DNA of 64,000 nt, taken from NCBI GenBank assembly GCA_963665215.2, contig CAXXWW010000017.1, positions 289,761 through 353,760 on the forward strand, in the 5' to 3' direction. This document shows positions 28,401 to 35,802 of the stretch, in pieces. Each line of letters starts with the position of its first letter. Within the stretch, counting starts at the first letter, position 1. The position numbers were made by a program, and so were the translations under genes. The notes beneath the pieces are model-generated. The model was not told where the DNA came from. It was given only the letters and a program-made list of their open reading frames with translations, and searched no databases. Source of the stretch: Dehalococcoidia bacterium (lineage in GTDB: Bacteria > Chloroflexota > Dehalococcoidia > Lucifugimonadales > CAUZJF01).

Positions 28401-28526
28401 TACGACACCGACCACGACGAGTTAATCAACAGGGACGAGGTCATCCAGGCTGTACATGACTACTTCGACGACCTCATCACCAGGGACGAGGTGATAGCCG
28501 TCGTCCGACTCTACCTCTTCAGATAG
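25458..28526 (+). CDS. Secreted S8 subtilisin/kexin-like serine protease with PPC, P-domain, FN3, cadherin and EF-hand/dockerin-like modules
   Basis: It has a signal peptide and DDHGD-type PPC domains. The catalytic triad is VAVVDDGMD, HGTHVSGIIAA and GGTSAAAPIVSG. It also has a P-domain (WKLRVTD), an FN3 domain, a cadherin repeat and a C-terminal DTDHDELINRDEV module. Confidence 0.9.
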   Translation: MKSISLLSPISCLLLIAVVAICFILSAGVVAAQTADDHGDTFATATALSLGSSIAGRIDHGDDHDVFEIDLSRASGPTDVWAYATGEYDAVGGLYDSNRALLSFSDDSLLAGSLRNFSVRSSVPPGIYYVVVASYEGESGEYTIHAQAVTDPGSSTGTAARLVLGSPAGGTIDTPEDADYFRLYFPESTHAIIEARTTNLAPISADLLDAQGREISANVYHLIVRFGFRFRHGFRILDDFGPGTYYLRVTTPNDLAPRPVPYTIYAYEDDEYTEYAEECEARTRALNDPQISDPLYACQWHLDSPDYANIDVESAWAEGVKGEGVTVAVVDDGMDPTHVDLRDNVNTALNYDYTESGEIFDPFEHHGTHVSGIIAARDNAVGVRGVAPRATIYGYNFLAAPSFFNEVDAISRNAVVTAVSNNSWGSLDGPELSSATSFWEMAVNAGITTGYDRKGTFYVFSAGNGHLLGDDSNLDEYVNYFGVTAVCSVNTSGSRAGYSEMGANLWVCAPSNNRPGPLGATLGILTTENSDRYVKDFGGTSAAAPIVSGVAALMRSANPELTWRDLKLILAASALKNDADSSGWEEGARTYRSASDADRYHFNHEYGFGLVDAGAAVALAEGWTNAPPLQVRGVGSDELSELVPDAPPTGDPTTVVSELTLDTGIGFTEFVEVNVAFLHGSFRDLDIELESPSGAVSKLAVHFDTFTDYYDPFSDFVPLRGAFRFGSARHLGEDPNGVWKLRVTDRIHVVDGAFEGWNLIVYGHAPTPDAPTVDSVTPGAGSLAVAWTAPVPTTGSEVTAYDLRYIQTDADETVESNWTVVEEVWAAGAGDLEYAVTGLTGGAEYDVQLRAINEWGAGAWSAAESATPQNALPSFNEGATTARSVAENTPGGGNVGDPVAAIDDDALAYTLAGPDAALFEVVADTGQIRVGATTSLDFEDPDNLDHEHQVTVTATDPSGASASVTVTIAVTDLSLGEPGDTYDTDHDELINRDEVIQAVHDYFDDLITRDEVIAVVRLYLFR

Positions 28527-28568
28527 ACACCGTTTGGAGCGCCGTCGCCAGTCACCGCCTCTAGTCAT

Positions 28569-28646
28569 GGGCCGGTAGCTCAGTTTGGCCAGAGCGCCGG
28601 ACTTTTCATCCGGGTGTCCTGGCTTCGAACCCCAGCCCGCCCACCA
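28569..28646 (+). tRNA. tRNA-Lys(UUU)-like gene, possibly degenerate
   Basis: My manual cloverleaf is GGGCCGG-TA-GCTC-AGTTTGGCCA-GAGC-G-CCGGA-CTTTTCA-TCCGG-GTGTC-CTGGC-TTCGAAC-CCCAG-CCCGCCC-A-CCA. Irregularities are C5:C68 and C53:C61 mismatches and C at position 37. Confidence 0.55.
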
Positions 28647-28650
28647 ACGT

Positions 28651-28680
28651 GCACGGTAGACAGAACCATCTTCGAAATTC
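28651..28680. repeat. Dispersed repeat R1, copy C
   Basis: GCACGGTAGACAGAACCATCTTCGAAATTC starts 5 nt after the tRNA CCA end. Its reverse complement matches 23/28 positions of the 23921-23948 repeat segment. Confidence 0.6.
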
Positions 28681-29080
28681 GGCTGGCTTTGTAGTCGTGG
28701 GGGCATTTGCCTCGCCTCAGGCCAGCCCCGGAAATCGTGGACGCGGCACTCGATTTACTGAGGGCGACACATGGCCGTGTCACCTTACTGTCGGGGGCCA
28801 TAATACCAGCGGGCGATAACCGGTCCAGCCAGGGCCGCCGACTCAGGCGCGGCGTCGGCGACGAACGCGGCTCTGACGTTGCACGGGCCACGTTCGAGGC
28901 CAGAACACTCGTCGTCTCGTTCACCGTCCCGCATCGCCACGTACAGCCTCCCGAACCCGCGCCGGAAAGCCTCATCCCCCAGGGTACCGTAAAGGTCAAG
29001 GAACAGCCCGCGCCCCAGGCTGTAGGCGCAGCCCGACCCTCTGATTATACCCGTGGACTGTCCGTCTTCCGTAAGCTCCC

Positions 29081-30448
29081 GAGGTATCTTCAAAAAGTGT
29101 GTAAACAGTCAGGCGGTGTACCCTCTCTCTGAACAACACGGGCTCGAGGCCCAAGAGAGGAGATAGACCGCCCATGAGGAAGGAAAGCACTGAGAGTAGG
29201 TCGGAGTCAAGGCCGGAGTGGGAGCAGTTGGAGGATTGGGTGCGAAGCCAGGTCCAGAGGCTGATCCAGGAGTTGCTGGAGGAGGAGGTGACGGCGTTTC
29301 TGGGAAGGGCGAAGTCGGCGCTCAGATCCGACTCGGACTCAGATACCGGCTATCGGAACGGATACGGCAGAGCCCGGAGGCTTACGCTGAGTTCGGGAAC
29401 GATACAGCTGAGGCGGCCGCGAGTCCGCGATACCGAGGAGCAGTTCGAGAGCCGGCTGCTGCCGCTGTTCGTCAACAGGACCAGGAAGGTTGCTGAGTTG
29501 ATCCCCGAGCTGTACCTGCACGGTCTATCCGAAGGCGACTTCGATCTGGCTTTGCGGGGGCTGCTGGGAGAGGACGCACCGGTATCGGCGAGCACGGTGG
29601 CCCGGTTGAAGGATAAGTGGAACGATGAGCTTGCCCAATGGCGCAGCCGGCCCCTCGATGACCTGGAAGTGGTCTACATGTGGGTGGATGGAGTCTACGT
29701 CAAGGCTGGTCTTGAGAAGGAGAAGGCGGCGGTACTGGTGGTGATGGCGGCCCTGAGCGACGGGAGCAAGGTGGTGGTGAGCGCTGTTCCTGGATACAGG
29801 GAGTCCACAGAGAACTGGTCCGAGGTGCTCAGGGACATCAAGCGCCGGGGCTTGAGCTGCCCGAGGCTGGTGGTTGGAGACGGACACCTGGGCATCTGGG
29901 GAGCTCTGCGCAACGTCTATCCGCAGGCGGCAGAGCAACGCTGCTGGAACCACAAGATCGTAAACGTGCTCGCCAAGCTTCCAAAGCGACAACAGGACCA
30001 GGCCAAGCTCATGCTGCGTACTATCCCCTACGCGCCGACTCGGACAGAGGCTGAGCGGCTCAGGACGGTGTTCACCAGGTGGTGCGGCGACCATTCCTAC
30101 GAGGCGGCCTCAGAGGCCTTGGAGCGGGACTGGGACCGCATGGTCACCTTCTATGACTTCCCAAAGGAGCACTGGGGGCACCTTCGCACGACGAACCCGG
30201 TAGAATCACCCTTCGCGGCCCTCAGGCTTCGGACCGATGCCGCCAAGCGCTACAAGAGGGTCGATCGGGCGATAGCGGTGATCTGGAAAATGTTGATGGT
30301 CGCCGAACAGCGCTTCAGGCGTCTGAAGGCCCCTGAGTTGATCGAAGACGTCTATCTCGGTGCACAGTATGCGGATGGAATCGCCATTGAATCAACGGCT
30401 GAGAAGGTCGCCGCCTGATGTCGTTTACACACCTATTGACGTAACCTC
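29081..30448 (+). mobile_element. IS256-family IS, copy 3, with an 8-bp target duplication
   Basis: AAGCTCCC is present at 29073-29080 and 30449-30456. Confidence 0.95.
29174..30418 (+). CDS. IS256-family transposase
   Basis: A 414-aa intact ORF. Confidence 0.95.
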   Translation: MRKESTESRSESRPEWEQLEDWVRSQVQRLIQELLEEEVTAFLGRAKSALRSDSDSDTGYRNGYGRARRLTLSSGTIQLRRPRVRDTEEQFESRLLPLFVNRTRKVAELIPELYLHGLSEGDFDLALRGLLGEDAPVSASTVARLKDKWNDELAQWRSRPLDDLEVVYMWVDGVYVKAGLEKEKAAVLVVMAALSDGSKVVVSAVPGYRESTENWSEVLRDIKRRGLSCPRLVVGDGHLGIWGALRNVYPQAAEQRCWNHKIVNVLAKLPKRQQDQAKLMLRTIPYAPTRTEAERLRTVFTRWCGDHSYEAASEALERDWDRMVTFYDFPKEHWGHLRTTNPVESPFAALRLRTDAAKRYKRVDRAIAVIWKMLMVAEQRFRRLKAPELIEDVYLGAQYADGIAIESTAEKVAA

Positions 30449-32274
30449 AAGCTCCCCATGGAGTCGATCAAGATCGGATAAAGTGTCCCCCAGGCTGCAA
30501 TCGTGGGATGAAAACTGCTTGTTCACTGACACGGTGGTCATGAAGTCCGCCCCACCCTCGGCAATCCAAGCTGGCCAGAAGGGCCAGTAGGTATGGGCTA
30601 ACTCGTGGGCGATGACGTAATCGTCTTCCACGTACACAGGATCAACGGTGATGATTCCGGTGGGGCCTCCGCCTCCACCTGCCGACGTGGCGTCGGCGAC
30701 GAGGAGCCCGACGTAGCTTCTCGGAAAAGGCTCGTCCATAAACGCTTCTTGAGCGCGCAATGCCTGTTCCAAGATGTCGATGGTGCTGTAGGCGCCAGGG
30801 CTGACGTTGAGGACGGACAACGTCACCTCTCCGGCAAGAGGAATCTGGATTATGCGTTTCTCCACGGCGTCCGGTCCCAGGTCGAGCAGGGTTTCCAGCA
30901 AGTCCGGCCTGTCTTCGACCACAACACCTAGGGCCGCCACGACGAACGCCTCTGCATCGGAGATGCCATGCTCCAGCGTGGGATGAGCCAGGACTTGCTT
31001 CAGGTAATTCTCTTCGTCGGACGCCCAGAACAATGAGTGCAGTGAACTGGCGGCCGCCGCATCTACACCCTCGACCGATTCCAGGAAGGGCATGGCGGCT
31101 ATTCGCAAAGTCGCAGCTTCGTCCCTCTTTGCCATGGAGACCCCCGCTATACCCCCCAGGGCCGCAACAACAGTCATCTCGTCACTGTCCAGCCCGTCTT
31201 CCGCCCAAGTCATGGGTACAAGCGTCCGAAAGAGATCTTGGGAGTCCAACGCCAACTCCTGCAACACGAGGACGGCGTTGACCTCCGCCGGGCTGATCCC
31301 GTCTTCGATCCAGGAAAGAGCCGTGAGCGTTGCGGCCGTCTCCGGCCATTCCCATTCCAGCCGCACCAACGCCATAGTCGCTGGGAGAACGTCGACGTTT
31401 CCTCCGGTTACGCCTGGATGGGATAAAAGCCAACGTAGACCCTCTTGATCGAGAGCTTCCAGCGTTTGCAGTATCGACAGGTCGTCCCGTTCGATGGAGT
31501 CGAGGAAGGGCATCCTGACGATATGTTCCGCTGACTCCTCATCAACGCTGACAATGGAGGCGAGCAAGAAGATTGCCTGGTTTTCCGTTGCGGACAGGTC
31601 GTCCCGTATCCAGGGTTTGTGCACCAGCTCCCACAGGACCATCCGGCGATCTTGAGCGATGTAGAGAAGTTGGATGACAGCCTCCTGCTCATCGACCGTC
31701 ATGCCGTCCTCGACCCATGGCAAAGTCATAATGGCCATCTCCGCTTCTTCCAGCGATGGCAATGGGGCGGCGGTAGGCTCGGGAACCGCTGTGGGAGCAG
31801 GGGGCATGGCCGTCGGCACTGGAGTCGGGGTGGACGAGGGTGAAATAGTAGGTGTAGTCGTAGAAGTTCTAGCCGTTGATGACATCGTTGTCGGAACCGG
31901 CTCAAGTGCAGGTGTCGAGGTGAAAGAAGGCGATTCAGTACCCAGTACCGTCGTTGTCGCTATAGGAGTCGGCGTAGGCGTGGGCAGCGTAGGAGTCGAT
32001 GTGCAAGCCATCAGCGCCAACACGAAAGCTGGGACCGCAAGGACCTGCCATCCTGTCCGCTTCAAGTGGTCGCGCCGATTAGCCGTTGCCAAATCGAACT
32101 CTCCCATACCTTTTCTACACAGCCAACGCGACATCAAAGACAAGCACTCTATCTTGGAACATAGGGGGCTGCACTCGCATCTGGGCTTCCCCGTTTGTTC
32201 TCATGGGCTGTCAGTGTGCTCCTCCCTCACCAACCACTTGAAGGCAAGGCTGGCGTCTACAACCACGAAGCCGC

Positions 32275-32679
32275 TCAAACTATCCCCTCCAACTGGGCGT
32301 CCCTAGCCTCCCGCGCTTCCCGAATGAACTCGGCTCCGTTGCTGGGAAGCACCTTGTCACCAAAGTACTTCTTTTGGAGTTCCTCGAACCGCTCGGCGTC
32401 AGACCAACTGGACACGGGACTGCCGAAGCCCTGTGTCTCGTCCTGCGCCAACTCTTGACCGCCGACCCGAACAGTGCCGCCTCCGTCCTTATGCCATGGG
32501 CCACCCGCGCCGCGCACCACTATCCCGCGCCGCTTACCCTTCTTCCAACCCAGCACCTTCACCTCGGCGGGCATGACCCGCTCCTCCGCCCTCGACACCG
32601 GGATGACATCAAAAGGCAAGATCGGCACGTTGGAGAGATTTGCCACCGCCACCATCATAGTGGACGGTCGAAGATACAT
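32275..32679 (-). CDS. Hypothetical protein
   Basis: A 134-aa ORF with no motif I recognise. The frame stays open upstream to about 32900 without an obvious start. Confidence 0.25.
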   Translation of the reverse strand: MYLRPSTMMVAVANLSNVPILPFDVIPVSRAEERVMPAEVKVLGWKKGKRRGIVVRGAGGPWHKDGGGTVRVGGQELAQDETQGFGSPVSSWSDAERFEELQKKYFGDKVLPSNGAEFIREAREARDAQLEGIV

Positions 32680-33074
32680 CGTAGGACTCAGGGACGTGGA
32701 ACCGGTCGAGGAAAGCCCGGAGCAGCCGACGGGAACGGAAGATACGGAAGCGGGGCCAAACGGAAGCTGAAGGCTCCCATCTTGCTCAACGAGTAACCAC
32801 TCCCTGGGGGTCTCGCCTCGAAGCCTGCCTGTTTCAGAGCGTTGCCCAGGATCCCGAATGCCCTGTCGATGCCGAGACCGACGACCCTGGGCGTGGGTAT
32901 CTCTTCCTGGGCCTTCAACTAGGGTGATGCTGTTCCCCTGGCCACAGTTCTACAATATGTCGAACGGCGTATCCAAGTCGTCGAGCCTCAAACCCAGTCC
33001 GATACGCTCCTGGATCACCTGTGTAACACCCTGTCTTGAGGCTGCGCCGGGTGCCTGTATCCGCCACACCAACC

Positions 33075-33553
33075 GAGGTTACGTCAATAGGTGTGTAAAC
33101 GACATCAGGCGGCGACCTTCTCAGCCGTTGATTCAATGGCGATTCCATCCGCATACTGTGCACCGAGATAGACGTCTTCGATCAACTCAGGGGCCTTCAG
33201 ACGCCTGAAGCGCTGTTCGGCGACCATCAACATTTTCCAGATCACCGCTATCGCCCGATCGACCCTCTTGTAGCGCTTGGCGGCATCGGTCCGAAGCCTG
33301 AGGGCCGCGAAGGGTGATTCTACCGGGTTCGTCGTGCGAAGGTGCCCCCAGTGCTCCTTTGGGAAGTCATAGAAGGTGACCATGCGGTCCCAGTCCCGCT
33401 CCAAGGCCTCTGAGGCCGCCTCGTAGGAATGGTCGCCGCACCACCTGGTGAACACCGTCCTGAGCCGCTCAGCCTCTGTCCGAGTCGGCGCGTAGGGGAT
33501 AGTACGCAGCATGAGCTTGGCCTGGTCCTGTTGTCGCTTTGGAAGCTTGGCGA
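33075..33553 (-). mobile_element. IS256-family IS, partial copy 5 (right end plus the last ~150 codons)
   Basis: It starts with GAGGTTACGTCAATAGGTGTGTAAAC and ends abruptly within LAKLPKRQQ, where copy 4 begins. Confidence 0.9.
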
Positions 33554-34921
33554 GAGGTATCTTCAAAAAGTGTGTAAACAGTCAGGCAGTGTACCCTCTC
33601 TCTGAACAACACGGGCTCGAGGCCCAAGAGAGGAGATAGACCGCCCATGAGGAAGGAAAGCACTGAGAGTAGGTCGGAGTCAAGGCCGGAGTGGGAGCAG
33701 TTGGAGGATTGGGTGCGAAGCCAGGTCCAGAGGCTGATCCAGGAGTTGCTGGAGGAGGAGGTGACGGCGTTTCTGGGAAGGGCGAAGTCGGCGCTCAGAT
33801 CCGACTCGGACTCAGATACCGGCTATCGGAACGGATACGGCAGAGCCCGGAGGCTTACGCTGAGTTCGGGAACGATACAGCTGAGGCGGCCGCGAGTCCG
33901 CGATACCGAGGAGCAGTTCGAGAGCCGGCTGCTGCCGCTGTTCGTCAACAGGACCAGGAAGGTTGCTGAGTTGATCCCCGAGCTGTACCTGCACGGTCTA
34001 TCCGAAGGCGACTTCGATCTGGCTTTGCGGGGGCTGCTGGGAGAGGACGCACCGGTATCGGCGAGCACGGTGGCCCGGTTGAAGGATAAGTGGAACGATG
34101 AGCTTGCCCAATGGCGCAGCCGGCCCCTCGATGACCTGGAAGTGGTCTACATGTGGGTGGATGGAGTCTACGTCAAGGCTGGTCTTGAGAAGGAGAAGGC
34201 GGCGGTACTGGTGGTGATGGCGGCCCTGAGCGACGGGAGCAAGGTGGTGGTGAGCGCTGTTCCCGGATACAGGGAGTCCACAGAGAACTGGTCCGAGGTG
34301 CTCAGGGACATCAAGCGCCGGGGCTTGAGCTGCCCGAGGCTGGTGGTTGGAGACGGACACCTGGGCATCTGGGGAGCTCTGCGCAACGTCTATCCGCAGG
34401 CGGCAGAGCAACGCTGCTGGAACCACAAGATCGTAAACGTGCTCGCCAAGCTTCCAAAGCGACAACAGGACCAGGCCAAGCTCATGCTGCGTACTATCCC
34501 CTACGCGCCGACTCGGACAGAGGCTGAGCGGCTCAGGACGGTGTTCACCAGGTGGTGCGGCGACCATTCCTACGAGGCGGCCTCAGAGGCCTTGGAGCGG
34601 GACTGGGACCGCATGGTCACCTTCTATGACTTCCCAAAGGAGCACTGGGGGCACCTTCGCACGACGAACCCGGTAGAATCACCCTTCGCGGCCCTCAGGC
34701 TTCGGACCGATGCCGCCAAGCGCTACAAGAGGGTCGATCGGGCGATAGCGGTGATCTGGAAAATGTTGATGGTCGCCGAACAGCGCTTCAGGCGTCTGAA
34801 GGCCCCTGAGTTGATCGAAGACGTCTATCTCGGTGCACAGTATGCGGATGGAATCGCCATTGAATCAACGGCTGAGAAGCTCGCCGCCTGATGTCGTTTA
34901 CACACCTATTGACGTAACCTC
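33554..34921 (+). mobile_element. IS256-family IS, copy 4 (abuts truncated copy 5)
   Basis: It is full length. The left flank is IS256 internal sequence and the right flank is a serine recombinase fragment. There is no target duplication. Confidence 0.9.
33647..34891 (+). CDS. IS256-family transposase
   Basis: A 414-aa intact ORF. Confidence 0.95.
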   Translation: MRKESTESRSESRPEWEQLEDWVRSQVQRLIQELLEEEVTAFLGRAKSALRSDSDSDTGYRNGYGRARRLTLSSGTIQLRRPRVRDTEEQFESRLLPLFVNRTRKVAELIPELYLHGLSEGDFDLALRGLLGEDAPVSASTVARLKDKWNDELAQWRSRPLDDLEVVYMWVDGVYVKAGLEKEKAAVLVVMAALSDGSKVVVSAVPGYRESTENWSEVLRDIKRRGLSCPRLVVGDGHLGIWGALRNVYPQAAEQRCWNHKIVNVLAKLPKRQQDQAKLMLRTIPYAPTRTEAERLRTVFTRWCGDHSYEAASEALERDWDRMVTFYDFPKEHWGHLRTTNPVESPFAALRLRTDAAKRYKRVDRAIAVIWKMLMVAEQRFRRLKAPELIEDVYLGAQYADGIAIESTAEKLAA

Positions 34922-35760
34922 TCATCACCAGGGCGCAGTTGCAGCGCGTCGGGAAGCATCTGAGCTCCCGCGCACCCAAGTTCAGCCACCCCCGAAGAGT
35001 CGGAAGCTCCTACCGGCTCAGCGGCCTCGCCAAGTGCAAGACGTGCAACACGCCGCTCATCGGCAGGTTCGCCCAGAGCGGCAAGTACTCCTACTACGTC
35101 TGCCAGTCGAACATCAAGCTCGGCAGGGACGCCTGCGAGACTCCCACGCTCAACGCCCGCCGCTTCGAGGAGCTGGTGGTCGCCAGGATTCGCTCCAACA
35201 TCCTCACTGAGGGCAACATCCGAGATCTGGTCAAGGTGGTGGCCGAGGAGATGGACGGCGTGACCCGAGAGCAGCGCAAGAGGCTGGAGACCATCGAGGA
35301 TGAGCTTGAGGAAGTGAAGCGGAAGCTGGGCCGCATCTGGCACTTCATAGAGACGTCCGACGCCGTTATGACCGACGCCTCAGACCGCATCAGGGAGCAC
35401 CGAGAGCGGCAGGAACGTCTGGAGTATTTCGCTGAGCAGGCGAGGGCGGTCCTGGCCCAGCGCCGGAAGGTCCTCGACGATGCGAACACCATCGCGGCCT
35501 ACACCAAGGACATGAAGGACTTCCTGAAGGAGAGCGAACTGACCGAGCGCAGGGCCTTCATCCAGTCCTTTATCAAGGAGATCGTCGTCGTGCCCGGCGA
35601 CGCCCTGCTCAGATACACAGTCCCTATGCCAGACGACAGCTTGATACCTGGGAGAGCCGCCGAAAAGGTGGCCCTGAACGGGTCTGTTCTATCTACTTTA
35701 CCCGATGGTGGGCCTAAAGGGACTGAATTGCGAACTTTTCGGTGGGCCGTCTCAATATGA
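34922..35760 (+). pseudogene. Large serine recombinase, C-terminal half only
   Basis: The frame opens at the IS end: LITRAQLQRVGKHL..YRLSGLAKCKTCNTPLIG..YSYYVCQ (zinc ribbon), followed by a coiled coil. It is paralogous to 47880-48585. The catalytic resolvase domain is missing. Confidence 0.8.
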
Positions 35761-35802
35761 AGGCCGGATCGTAGAACGCTACCTAGTTTCGAGGCGGGGC
35801 TA

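Larger units (their letters stand above)
28785..32143 (-). pseudogene. HExxH metalloprotease-like lipoprotein, split by IS256 copy 3
   Basis: The N-terminal part is 30449-32143, with a lipobox LALMAC, a Thr/Pro linker, repeated W(V/I)EDG modules and HELAHTYW. The C-terminal part is 28785-29080. The two frames join across the 8-bp duplication AAGCTCCC. Confidence 0.7.

Noticed and set aside
32688-33074. Short minus-strand frames next to the truncated IS256 copy 5, namely ..IPTPRVVGLGIDRAFGILGNALKQAGFE.. and ..GVTQVIQERIGLGLRLDDLDTPFDIL.
   Set aside because: They look protein-like but are in different frames and lack starts. I cannot name a family, so they are probably debris of a gene destroyed by the IS.
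29081-34921. IS256 copies 3 and 4 as the arms of a composite transposon carrying 30449-33553.
   Set aside because: Copy 3 has its own 8-bp duplication inside a gene whose other half lies outside the putative composite. Copy 4 abuts a truncated IS. There are no matching outer duplications.
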